Source: Spironucleus salmonicida
Taxonomy: Eukaryota
Assembly: GCF_000497125.1 (NCBI RefSeq)
Contig: NC_090602.1
Coordinates: 1,488,001-1,552,000, forward strand
Direction of reading: 5' to 3'
Length of the DNA stretch: 64,000 nt
Shown: piece after piece, positions 27,846 to 40,486 of the stretch
Numbering within the stretch: position 1 is the stretch's first letter
Layout: each line of letters starts with the position of its first letter
Translations under genes and position numbers: made by a program
Notes under the pieces: generated by a model
Seen by the model: only the letters and a program-made list of their open reading frames with translations
The model's database searches: none
Told to the model about the DNA's origin: nothing

Positions 27846-29672
27846 ATGCCGATTACGCATTACAACCCATAGTCAGCTAAAAAACCGGTATCTCCGCGTA
27901 CATAGATTGCATTAGCACGACTTGGTATGACAGTACAGGATACATAAGTTTAATCATATGAAGAATTATTTGCAAAATATAGAGACCACGAAACTGTTTT
28001 AAAAACATAGGAGCTGTAATCACAGCTTACATAAAATTATTTAAACTAGCTTTCATAAGAGTATGAAAACATAACATAGTAAGGTATATCTTAAGAAGAG
28101 TTTATATATGCCAATAAACCGCAAGCTCTTGAAAATCTTGTTATAACAAATTTGACAATTTCCCAATTAGACCAACGCAACAAAGAATATGAAATTAATA
28201 CAAAACTAAATGAAGCTAAAAGAGTTCAGATTTTACATGTTTTCCATTAGAGACAGGATCAGAAATTATCTTACTTGAACGAAAAATAGCAAGATGTAGA
28301 GAAACGTCGACTGGAGCTAATTAGGTAATAGGAAGAAGAAAGATAGGAAAAAATTCTTATTTAGAAAGAGAAATAATAGTAAATATAAACTTAAATAGCA
28401 AATACAGAATCATAAATTGAAAAATAGAAATAAATAATTATTGATAGTTTACTATTAAAAAATGAAAAGATGACGTAGGAAAAGCTTCGAAAAAAGTAGG
28501 AAATGATAGAAAAAACAAAATTAAAATGGTAAGAACAATAAAATATGATAGTTGAAGCTGAGAAATAACAAAAACTTGAAGAGTCTAGAAAGGCGTAAAG
28601 CTATCAAAATAAGATATAACAGGAAAAACTTTTAGCAAAGTAGCGCGAGTAACAAATAATACTCACCCGTTAGCAAAAATTATCTGCATAGAAATATAAA
28701 GATGCAGAGCAAGCGGAAAAACTTTAAAAGCTCTCATATCATCGTGAAAATGCTCAAAAATAACTCGAAATATCCCTATAGGAGAAGCAAGAAAAAGCAC
28801 TTTAAATATCAAATAAGCTAAAACTCGAGCGAACTACAAGCTTGCTTGAAAAGTAAGATCTGCTCAACTTGAAAATTACATAAACTACAAATTCTAAATA
28901 GCTAATTTTTGAGGAAAAACTCAAAAAGAAGCAGTAAAAATTAGCATAAACTGAACGAGTTTTCGAGTAAATTGAACGTGGACGCCGTGAAAGTTAGTCT
29001 ATGATTATTGGTAACTAAGCGGAACACGATTTAGAACTAATGTAGAAGTTTTAAAATGCTGAAATGGAGAAGCGCAAACGTGAATTCTAAAGGCAATTGG
29101 GAAGCATAAAAGTATAAGAGAAGTAAGAGGAAATATTACGTCTTGGAATGTAAAAGTAGGAGTTATCGTGCTAGCATGTGCAGAATTCTGTCCGATTTGC
29201 TTCGTTGGATGAAAGTGATAAATTAAGAATTTCCCAGCTTTAGGTATAAGAAGTAGGTAAGGAATGGAAAGAGCAATTGGAAAAGGACAAAAAAATTAAA
29301 AAATTTCCACGTGTTGAATATGGACATACATAAACCTAAAGAGTAGTTCCAATTTAGCGGCCGATGAGCGGGACGTCAAGTTAGCGGGGGACATATTAAG
29401 AGAAACTAGAGTGGAAATCAAAAATTGAAAGTTTGACTGAAAAGCATATCTCGATTATGGAAAAGCGCGTTTTAGAGTAGCAAAAGCGTGAGATTTAAAT
29501 GTAAAAAGAACTTTGTGGAATTTTAACTGTTACAGAAAAGACTAAAATTCTGTAAAGTCACAAGAAGGAGCGGGATTAAATGAGAAATGAAATGCAGTAA
29601 ATGCGCAAGGAGTAGTTGGCAGAAATAAAGCACATGTATTTTGTGCTGGAAAAGCGATTTTAGGGTGTGTGA
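27846..29672 (+). CDS. Coiled-coil protein, paralog A (608 aa)
   Basis: Open frame, E/K/Q-rich; motifs shared with 36618-38309 and 52303-53892. Confidence 0.85.
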
Positions 29673-30073
29673 AGAGAATAAGTTTTATTTGAATATGTAA
29701 TGAAATAAAAAAGATTTTATGCTTACATTATTATAAATTCAGCATATATTAAAAACATAATTTTATTGCCGTGAATAAAATATTTTCGATTTGTTTTATT
29801 AGAAAAACATGTGTCTGATACACGATAATTAATATAATATTATTTATTATTTATAATACAAGTTTCTTATAATATTAATTATTAATTTTTATTATTATAT
29901 GCATATTAGATTTTAGTAATTTACTTTTCAATTGTATAATTTTTGCCTATGCCTTATTACCATATATACAGTATCTTTAATTACTACGATTTAAAATCAC
30001 AATGTGAATTCATTTAAAAATTTAATATATTTTTATTATTCTTATTAGAGTAAACCAATTCGTATACTTAAAA

Positions 30074-31276
30074 ATGCCTAAATCTAATTACAAAAAGATA
30101 TCTGAAACTAAATCAGATGGTAGTACTCTAGCATCGACAGTAATAAATATGATAAATTCTGTTATTGGTACAGGTTCATTAACACTTTCTTATGGTATTT
30201 CTTAAGCAGGATTATCCGTAGGAACTATATTTTTTATTCTATCTGCTTTTACATCCCACTAAACTTTCTAATATCTGGCATATGTTGGTTAATAAACAGG
30301 AATTTATGTTTACAAAGATATAGCACACCATTTATTCAAGAAAAAATGGATTGCTGTGGTAATGTCCATCATTGTTATTTTTTATGTTTGTGGATCATTA
30401 GCAGCATATAATGTAGCAATAGCTGATAATATGTTCTGGTTCGACAATAAATTTTATTCCTATGCTTTATTAGTTGCTATTGAGGCTGTTTTAATAGGAC
30501 CAATTGCTTGCTGTAAGTCGTTGGATGTTCTCAAATACAATGGTTATGTCACTTTGATAACTGCTACTTATGTATCTCTTATAGTAGTAATTTTCTTCTT
30601 TACAAATAATATTACTCCCCCACCACCGTGTACCTAGAACTGCTTTAAGTCATCTTCGTTTGCCACTCTTCCTCTATTTCTCGTTTCATTTTGTGGCCAT
30701 TTTTCTACCTCCTACATCTATAAGGAGATGTAAAATCGCTCTCTTCCACGTTTTGATATTGCAATCGCAGGGACTGCTATTATATTAATCTTTTTAAACG
30801 CACTGAATATGTATTTTGGATATTTTACATTTACTGAAACCGTGAGTTCTGATCTTTTAAAGACAATCGCGATTCATTCCAAAAGTTCAAATTTGCTAAA
30901 AAGTGCGAATATAGCTCAAATAATTTTGTTGATCGCTCATTATCCTGCTACTGCCTTCGGTGCCCGTAAAAATCTCGAATCACTAATATTCAAATAAGCA
31001 GCACCTCTATGGGGTACTGTAACTATAGTATATTTGCTAATGACACTATTGACTATTTTAACATTTTTCGTTGACGAAATTGCACAGATTCTTGATTTTA
31101 CTGGTAGTTTGGCTGGTAGTTTTGTGATTTTGATTTTTCCATCAGCTATGTGTTTAGTGGTAAATAAAAATTTGAAGGTTAGATGGGTAGATTAGATAAT
31201 TCCTATGGCTTGTTTAGTTTACGGCTTTGTGGTGTTAATTTTTGGCTTCGTTGGGAGCGTGATTTAATGGGTCTGA
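30074..31276 (+). CDS. Amino-acid transporter, AAAP/Aa_trans family (400 aa)
   Basis: NMINSVIGTGSLTLSYGISQAG, FLVSFCGHF, YFGYFTF, FTGSLAG...IFPS; many TM segments; includes track ORFs 30356 and 30809. Confidence 0.92.
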
Positions 31277-31310
31277 ATTTATTTTTATTATCAGTGATAT
31301 ATACATTGTT

Positions 31311-32042
31311 TCACATCATTCTTTTGCCTCTACCTCTTTTAATGTGGTCCTAGAGCTTGAAGCCGGAGAGCATGTTCAGTTATCTAGCTAATGTGAGATC
31401 ATCTGGGTCAACTTTTAAATCAATTTCATGGGCTCCCATTTCAACTAGCTGACCTTTTTTCCTGAGATAAAAATCTACTAGTTCGCCGATACTTTGCTCG
31501 TCCAGCATTGAGATTCTAGTGTTAAATTAATGCATTGAGCTATTAAAATCATCAGTTATGTTTTAAACTCCAATTTCGTTATCTTCGTATATTTTAACAA
31601 ATTAGGACACTGGAATCATATTATCTTAAATACCTTATAAAAGCCTGAGATAAGCTTTCCATGAGAATCCTTGCAACATGGCTCCTGCCTATTTTGCAAC
31701 AGTTTAAATAAAATTCCTTTCACCTTCGTCTGCTGAATTAATGAAATAATTCGTTGGAGAGTTTTTATTGTAGTCACGGCAATTTTACCATATTAAGGCT
31801 GATTCATAAATAAAATCACCAAAAGTATCATAGCAGTTTAATTGTAATTTTTATTTTAAGGTTAATAAATCCATAGGACGTCTGATAACTGAAAAGTAAT
31901 CTGGAATCTGTAATGCTTCAATATCGACTGGTTCCCAAAATAAATCACCTATGTTACGTATGCGCCTCATTTGATCACATGAGCGACATAATGCTGTGCG
32001 TAATGCCTAATTAATAGGAGTTAATGCCAAAGGGTCATTCAT
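31311..32042 (-). CDS. Single-bromodomain protein with ET/NET-like C-terminal domain (BET/GTE-like), 243 aa
   Basis: LFWEPVDIEALQIPDYFSVIRRPMDLLTL...LIWQNCRDYN; C-terminal ISMLDEQSIGELVDF...EIDLKVD. Confidence 0.88.
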
Positions 32043-32198
32043 TTAGTAAAGTGAAGTGGAAAAATTTAATAATGACTAGGGGAGAGTAAAAGTAATAGAA
32101 TTAAATATTATATAATATAAAACTAATTACTTTTTTGATTATTTACCATTTCTTACAAATAATTATATAAAATAAATATCAATTTTAATTCTCAAAAA

Positions 32199-33374
32199 AT
32201 GGACAAATTTGATATTGTTTTATCTGACCTTCTAAAAAAGAAACCTGATTAAAATGACCTATAATTATTATTTAAATAATTATAATTGACAAGTAAACTA
32301 TCTTAACCTTCCGAGTTATTACCAGATAAATTATTATTACTATTTTCTTCACTTTTAAGTATAAATTCTTTGATATCCCCAACACTTAGACTTTTGGCTT
32401 ACTTATCACATTTTGATAATATAATGTCGGCATTTTTTCGGTCATCTTAATAATCCAATTTTGCTAATTTAAATTCTGACAAAAAAGATATAGAAGCTAT
32501 GTTTTATATTATAGCAGCACTTATTCAAATTAATGATAAGGAGATTACTCCAAATGCTGTCTTAGCTTTAGAAGGGTTGACATTTTATGGTCCTGGTAAA
32601 AGAATTGCATTACAATCGGGATGCTTAGAGGCATTAGATTAAAGAATATAAAAATTAGGATTTGAAAATATAACTAAATCAGAAATTGCGCTATTAGAAA
32701 CTATGTCAAATTTACTTTCTCATCCATAGCTTAGGTTTATCAGCATCATGGAAGAAGATAAAGAAATATCGCTTATTGGCAAGCTTTAGTCAATTCCAGC
32801 ATTTATACGAGCGGTTTTTTCTTCATTGACCGCTAGGTCTGCACAATCTTCTTGTGCTTGCTTATTTATTATGTTATACGAGGATTTTTGGAGAGTGTAC
32901 AATGTTATAGTTGGTGAAACTAATGGTACCGAAAAACCAAAATGCTTTCCTGTTTAAAGTGAAAATTTAATGGAGCTTATTTAAAAGTTAGTTGAAATTG
33001 CGATGAGTTTTAAGGAAGACGAAGGTGGTAAAGCTGCCAGTATGTGTCTTATTATAATTTGGCAGTGTCTCTAAGCAGAGCGAAATTTTGAAGGGTATGA
33101 TGTTTCATTATTAAAAAAGTTTATTGCTTGTTAAAAAGAACTTTTTGTTTTGTTAGAAATGCATTTGAATATATAAAATGAGTAGACTATTGAATAATGT
33201 GGAATTTAAAATTATAATAGCATAAAAGAATGGCATCTATAAGAGATAAATGAATGTATTGAAAAATAAACGGATATATTAGCAGAAGAACGAGTTAAAA
33301 GGTAGGCTGCTACAACTGGAAATATGAGGAGTGGAAATGTAAGAAATGGCAGAGTCAGCAGTTTAGACCTATGA
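32199..33374 (+). CDS. Hypothetical ARM/HEAT-like helical protein (391 aa)
   Basis: Open frame; NAVLALEGLTFYGPGKRIALQSGCLEAL resembles an armadillo repeat. Confidence 0.75.
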
Positions 33375-33426
33375 GTGAGATATTAGATATTTAGCTTAAT
33401 GTTTTTACTTCATCAGAAATTAATGA

Positions 33427-33504
33427 TCACTTAGAACGCTGTCTCATCGCTCTTCTCTTACGAGAGTTTCTTCTCATACGCTTCCTTGCCCACTTTGCTC
33501 TCAT
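33427..33504 (-). CDS. RPL41: Ribosomal protein L41 (eL41/eS32), 25 aa
   Basis: MRAKWARKRMRRNSRKRRAMRQRSK-TGA; canonical length and sequence pattern; C-rich element upstream. Confidence 0.95.
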   Translation of the reverse strand: MRAKWARKRMRRNSRKRRAMRQRSK

Positions 33505-33511
33505 TAGACAA

Positions 33512-33519
33512 TGGAGCGG
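33512..33519 (-). promoter_or_regulatory. C-rich element CCGCTCCA upstream of RPL41
   Basis: 7 nt before the ATG. Confidence 0.6.
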
Positions 33520-33602
33520 GAGCAGAAAATTGTTATTAAATTTATTTATAATATTTTTTATATAATACTAATATAGAAGAAAAAATAAAAATAAAAGTAA
33601 TA

Positions 33603-34463
33603 TCAGTCTTTTTTATCAAACAACTCTATTAACTAACATAACTCCCAACTTTTATCAACAAATAGACCACCACTTTGAAATGCATTTCCAACTCCATTTC
33701 TATCAACTGTAACGGTACTTTATAATCTTGTATTTTTAGTACCAACGATAACAAGACTAGCTTCTCCCTCTTATTTGAGTAAGTGATTTGCTTATAATCT
33801 AATATCATCAAAAGTTTAAATTGGCCTATATTTATATGTTAAAGTTCCATTTTGAAGAATGTTTTATTTTACTTTTAAAAGTTTTAAGAATTTTACTTCT
33901 TTATTAACTAAAATTAACTAAAAAACTTAACTAATTATTTACTCGCCCAGTACTTTAATATTTTATTAGGATTTTTCGTTCAAAATATTTAATCTCATAA
34001 TACCATATTAAGGTTGGTTCGCAGGTTTTAATTACTAAATCTTAGTAAAATTTAGTGGTAATAATATGTCTGCGTCATATACATCAAATAATTCAATTGT
34101 AGAATTTTATAGTTAAATTTTATTTATTTCAGCTAAAATTAGTACCTATGCCCTATGAACATGTTCATAAAAAGGAAGTATTATTTATAGCAATTTCAAA
34201 TCACCAAAGATGGTTCCAGTCCCAGAAATTATCGACACTTGGTTGTTATTAATCAGAATAAATGTGTTAAATAGATCATATTCTTCTGTATAAACTAAAT
34301 TTCTAAGTTATATCTCTGCAGCTCTTTCATCTTATTTATCAAGGATAGGTATATGTTAAAATAATTTAATAAGAATTAGCTGTTATTTGGTATTCCTCTA
34401 TTAATACTATGATAGTATTTTTGAAATAATTGGTGTATCCTAACTAGAAATTTTATAAAACAT
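33603..34463 (-). CDS. Hypothetical protein (286 aa), possibly a degenerate cyclic-nucleotide-binding fold
   Basis: Open frame; LFQHIPIL and GTIFGDL are weakly cNMP-like. Confidence 0.65.
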
Positions 34464-34511
34464 TTTAATATTACTATCATTATATGGATATAAAAGTTAT
34501 AAATTTTAAAA

Positions 34512-36599
34512 ATGAACACACCCTTAATCAAGAAGCTTAAGTTAGACCCAAGAACAGTTATAATCACAAAAGAAAAATTAGAAAAATCACGATAATAATA
34601 TGCAATGAGATCATTCTCACTATAAAAACCGCCATAAGTTATATATAATAGGGCTGAAGTTCAATAAACTAAGAAAATTCATCGAGTTCCTTCACCATTA
34701 TAAAAGAATACTGTATTTGGAAGCTTATTATATTAATAATAATCATTATTTAAAGGATCTAACGTGGTATTTTCTCGAAAATTAGCAAAACGTCAAACAG
34801 AAGTTGATAAAGATGCAATTTAGAAATTTGGAACGTAGGCTCTAATAATGGAAAATTATAGACCATCATTACATGATTTAGATGAACTGAAATTAAAGAA
34901 ATGTACAAATTAACATTTTCAGAAGGCTTCCGGCGAGGATGATCAATTGGTACTATTCAAAAATTAGTTTTATGAAATTAGATAAAAATGGCCTATATTC
35001 ACACAAAATATATATTAAAATTGTAATATTGTTGAAAGTTATAGATTTTTGCTTGATATGTGCAAAATGTTTAGATATATGCGATAGAAACTGGTACATT
35101 CGGAATATTAAAAATTTTTAACTAGTATTATTGATATTAATGATCTACGCTTGCTACTGCTTGGTTTAATACAATCTTCAATGAATAGTAGCAGTGTTGC
35201 TGTAAATACTGGGTTGATTATTTTGTATTTTTTATTAGATTTGGATATCAGAATCAAGGATCTTAAATTTTTTAAAGAAGCTTTAAGAAGCTTTGCTATA
35301 AATTTTTTATAAAAATTAATATCAATTGTAGACAATGATAGAATAGGTTAAATAATATCTTTAATTATGTGGAAACTTGTTGCATTAAATATTATTTCCT
35401 TTAAAGAGTCAAGCATGTTATATTATCCTCACTTATATACAAATAACAGGTTACCAACATTAGTTAAAGCTTAACATAGATATAAAATTAACAAATAAAT
35501 ATTTTAATAACAGACAGGACTGATTTTTTCCTCTAATTTTTCTTCTCCAAATCTTTAAAATCTTTAACGTTATACTCTTAACATTTATTCAGACGCAAGT
35601 TAGGTTTCTAATTGTTATTTGGTAGCATTTAAATCCCCACCTAATATTAACGTCAATTCTTAAACCAAGGATTATGCGCGAGCTATTGCAAACATGTTAT
35701 AGTTATAGGGAGTTAAAGCTAGAAAAACGTTTTCAAGAAGCAATATTTCTTCTTCAGTTTAAATATTAAAGAAAGATCTATAACACTGTTTCAATCAAAT
35801 AGATTTTGAGTCTTTCTAGTAAAGATTTTCTTTATTCTCTAATATGACAGACGAACCAATTTTAACTTAACCAGACTCTTCTCCCATAGTTATATTAAGT
35901 ATTGATAGACCTGTTGTCTAAATTACTTTTGATACATATCAAAGGTCAGCCCCTATTGTATTCTCTCTAATTTCCGCAGGTCCATAAAAATAATTTACAA
36001 TTACAGACATTTACATAAACTAATGGACGGCATTGGACAAACTTCCACCTGTTCAATTTTTGGCTCCAGCTGTTATTTATCGCTAGAAGGCGGCAGAGAG
36101 AGCAAGCTTAAGGCTAAATAACAATATATAAACAATCCTACGAGTTCAGTTTGCGAAAAAATAAACAAAATTTGAAGAGGATTTAATTGAAGCATTAGCA
36201 GATACAAAAAAGAACAGAATGACTGAAAAGTACATAGTTAACGATTTTTTCGATTTGGTTCAAGATTAAGATTTATTGTTTGGAAATTATTTAGAAAGTG
36301 TACATATGCTGCAATAGCTAGAGGAAATTGGTTTAGATATTGTGAATTTCAAATTTCCCACTGTTTCTTAGGCAAGTTAGCAAATTTATGACAAAATGTG
36401 TGATGAAATTATGGTAGATTAGAATTATTAGGTTGGTACTATAGGACTGCTTGTTGAGCAAATGTATACTGAAATAACTATTCAATAATTGAAGAAAGCA
36501 AAGGCTTTAGAGGAAGAAGTACAAGAATATAGTAGTAGTGATGACTGGGCATTGAATGATCCAGTTGGAAAATCGAGTTAATTGGAGTAGCTATAGTGA
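34512..36599 (+). CDS. Hypothetical protein (695 aa)
   Basis: Open frame from ATG 34512 to TAG-TGA 36594-36599. Confidence 0.85.
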
Positions 36600-36617
36600 C
36601 AAATAAAATTCACTTTA

Positions 36618-38309
36618 TCATGGGCCGAGTTCTAGTCTATGCTATTTGTTGATCTATTTAATTTTATCTGCATTTTGCTTTCTTTCCTCGGTGAATACTT
36701 TTAGCATTTTAGTTTTCTCTTGATCATCATTAATTCCTGAAAGAATTTACCTTCTTTCTTTCTCTCTCTCCTGCTCTTATTGAACAATCAGCTAAACTTC
36801 TTGTTGTTACTATAATCGACTCTAAATCGTTTTACGTTATGGGCTAATACTCTGAGTACCAGGTCTGAGTGCATTTCTAGTTTTTTAAGGCGAACCTGTC
36901 TAGGACCCTTATAATTTTTTCTTATTTACACCATAATACTTTTCATATTCAGCCTTTTACTTTTCGGCTTCAAATTTTGCATTAGACTATTAGACAAAAG
37001 ATACTTCTGCCTGCTTTGCCTATATAATTTCTTCCACTTTTTGGAACTTTAGTTTTAGTTGAGCCTCTTTAAACTTTCTATTGTACTCCTCTAGTTACAT
37101 TAATCTTTATGCTCTCTATCTACCTCTTTCTTCATTTAATTTGTACTTTTCATGTTTAATGCGGTCTTCAATAAGAACTTCATCTTAATACTTTTCATAT
37201 TTTTTCTTTTGTTCATCATACTTGACCTGTAAATCGTCAAGTTTCTTGATTGCACTAACCTCAAAGCTTTCTAAAATCTACATTGTCTTTTGGGCTTTAT
37301 TGATATTTTTATCTCCTAAATCTTTAGAAATTTAAGTTATCATAGCTTAATAATTTTATTAATGCTCCTTCAGGCTCTAATCTAGAGAAACGGAGAACTC
37401 AAACTTCTTTTGCATTGTTTTAGACATTGTCATTTCAACATTTTCTTTGATATGAGCTTCACGCTTCTAGATCCTATCCTTTAATTACTAAATTTTAAGT
37501 TCAATTTCTTTTGTTCGTTCTGTATCTCTTTGAATATCTAATAATTTTTTAGCTTCCGCCTTCTATTCTTTTTATTACATTGTTTACTCGTAGAAAATTT
37601 TAGATTTTTCCATCTTTTCACTTCGTTATGTGGCCTTTTAATTATTTTCTTACTTAATTCTGTCTCTAAAATCTTAAAGTCTGTTATTAATTTCTACTAA
37701 TTTTTTATCAGAGGCAGCTCTGATAATAGCTAATTTTCTTTAAAGTTCTTCTTCACGTTAGATTCTCTCTTATTCAACTTTAACATTTCGTGAATAAGTT
37801 TCCTTGGCCATATCTTGAGTACGTTTTTTATCCAACTCTTCCCTTTCTTTTATTCGTGCTTCTAGTTCATCATTTTTCTCTTCACGTTCTCTTTATTTTT
37901 CTTATTGAAACTCTTAAATTCTGAAAAAACGCTCTGTAACTACTGCTATTTCCTATTATCTACGTTCAATTAACTCTTGACGTTTTGTATCAGAAAGAAC
38001 CTCCTTTTTCGGTTAAGGAGCTAAGTGCTTCAATGCAGTTGGTCTACCCATAAGCTCATATTCAGCTTCAGTTATGCCTTAGCAAACTTCAGTATACTCT
38101 TTTTTAACCTCATCTACAGCTTCTTGCCGATCACGTTCAACTTCCTAGTATAAAAATTCGGCAATCTTTTTGTTGGTTGATAACGTATGTTAAGGTCTAT
38201 AAATTAAATCTTTAGGTTAATAACCTGCTTTTTTACATGAAAGGACTGACCTAGGAGTATTTACTTCTTAGGTTAATGGTTCTGGTAATTTAGACAAAGA
38301 AATTGACAT
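36618..38309 (-). CDS. Coiled-coil protein, paralog B (563 aa; alternative start 38327)
   Basis: N-terminal TPRSVLSCKKAGYQPKDL; E/K/R/Q-rich rod; shared C-terminal motif. Confidence 0.85.
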
Positions 38310-38430
38310 ATTAAGCGGTAAAAACATATGCTACCTATAATAATATAATATTAAGATAATTTTTGAAACACTTTGATGTAATTAAACCAATATTATATAT
38401 TTATTATTAGTGTGTAGGTTAGATTTATAA

Positions 38431-40029
38431 ATGGATTCATCGTAATAATATTTAGTAAACTGGGTGAATCTGTAGCTCAAAACGAAAGGTATTAAAATTT
38501 CGGATGTAAAAGCTGATTTTCACGATGGATTCAATTTAGTTTATTTATTAGAAGTAATATCTTAATAAAAATGTGATAAATAATTATAAGCACCTAAGAA
38601 TGAATTATTTTGCCTAAATAATCTTTAGCTTGGAATTAATATGGCTAAAAATATGGTTACAAATTTAACTGTAGATGCAAGAAATTTCTATAACGGAACA
38701 GAAATTGATGAAAAATTGATTTATGGTTTTATTTTCGACCTTATCATAAATTACTCAATAAAAGGTATTTAAAACGAATTATTATAACTTATTGAATAAT
38801 AGTTTTTAATTGATTCAACTGGAAATCTTCTTTCTTCATAAGGGACTACTGATTCATTGCTTACAATTAAACAGAATAAACTTTCCGATAAATAGGCTTT
38901 ACTTTTATGGTGTAACCGGATTATGAAGCCAGATAATATTTAGGTTGCTAATTTTACTACTGATTGGATTAATGGAGAGGCATTAGCATCGATTCTTCAC
39001 TAATTTAATGAGTCAAGTATTAATTTGAATGATTTTAGATAGCTTATTTCTTGTGATGAAGATATATTAAAAACCAATTTTAAATAGTTATTAGAGTAAA
39101 TGGAAAATCTAATGTAAGTAGAATAAATTATTTCAGAAAATTTTGTTACAAACTAACAGGAAAAAGCAATGATAACTTATTTAACGGTTGTTTATAAATA
39201 ATTTATTAACAATAAAAATAAAAAACATAATATCGGATTAATACAAAGATATATTACTCATAAAATTGAATTATAAAACTTATATCAGCATATTTAGGAA
39301 TTAATAAAATAAATATATAAAAACTAAGATGAAATCCAGAGTTATTGCAAAATTTTTTAAGAGGAAATAGAGTGTGAATAACTTAGTGAAAACTGCAAGA
39401 ACAAGTGTGAAGATATAACAACAAAATATTCTCTTATACTGTCTAACCTTTAATACTAGCGTGCTGAATATGAATAACTTAAATAGAATATTTTAAGCTT
39501 GTAGCTAGAATATGGGCATTTTCAAAAATAGTAATACGTTGCAAAAGATTTAATTTTTTAGGAAGTTATATCGTATGTAGAAGAACGTTATATAGAATCC
39601 AAACAATTAGCAGTTTAAAAATTTATTCAACTAACATAATTTTAAGATTAATAAGTTCTAGATTAGTTAGCACTATGTTGGAAATAAAATAGTATTGATG
39701 GGTAAATGAAATAGGAGATGTTTCTTTAATTTTTACATGAATAAAAAATTGATATTGATCTTATTAATTTTGATGTAATATTTACAAATACACATCAAGC
39801 TTCATTTGAGGAATTTCTTTTAATTTTTAATCAATAAAAAAGTAATAAGGATAATAAGGAATCGTTAATTAAATCTATCGAATTATTAAAAAATGAAAGT
39901 GGAGAGATTTCAATGAAAGATATTTCATAAGTGTTATCTACAAATGAAATAAATTGGATAGTTGACTAAAAGATTAACTCTGGCGATATGTTAGATCTTA
40001 AATAGTTTATATATTTATTCGATGAATGA
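38431..40029 (+). CDS. Alpha-actinin-like protein: two calponin-homology domains, short rod, degenerate EF-hand tail (532 aa)
   Basis: CH1 YLVNWVN...DFHDGFNLVYLLEVIS...KLIYGFIFDLI; CH2 KQALLLWCN...VANFTTDWINGEALASILH...EKAMITYL; tail ASFEEFL...ESGEISMKDI. Confidence 0.85.
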
Positions 40030-40120
40030 CTGAGAATTTCTATAATAAAATTTATTATTATCTATTTAAATAATTAAGAACAAGAACCTTTCTAAATCTA
40101 TAAACTATATTATTCTTCAC

Positions 40121-40441
40121 TCATTCAATATAATTGATCTGAACACTTTTAATACCTTTGTCAGTTCTAGGTTTTACTGGTGATGGTTAGACATCTTATC
40201 TATCAGCACTGTCATAGAAAAAGTTACTTGATTCTCGAATTTTGATAGTTCTTTATTTCAACTTTGTAATCAACTATTGATCTTTTTCGGTTAATGTTTG
40301 AAATAATATTTAACCTTCAGGGGTTTCAATAAATTCAATTAAATAATTAAGTTAACCGTTGAAAGTTTCATCTGAAAGAGATTCAATTTTTCGAACTGGT
40401 AAATTATCCGACAGTTTCAATAAAATAGTTACATATTCCAT
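40121..40441 (-). CDS. Hypothetical protein (106 aa)
   Basis: ATG 40441 in AT-rich context; stop followed by GTGA; divergent from the gene at 40487. Confidence 0.6.
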
Positions 40442-40486
40442 TTTAAAAAGTACTTTTATTAGATATATAAATATATTTTTAGTAAA

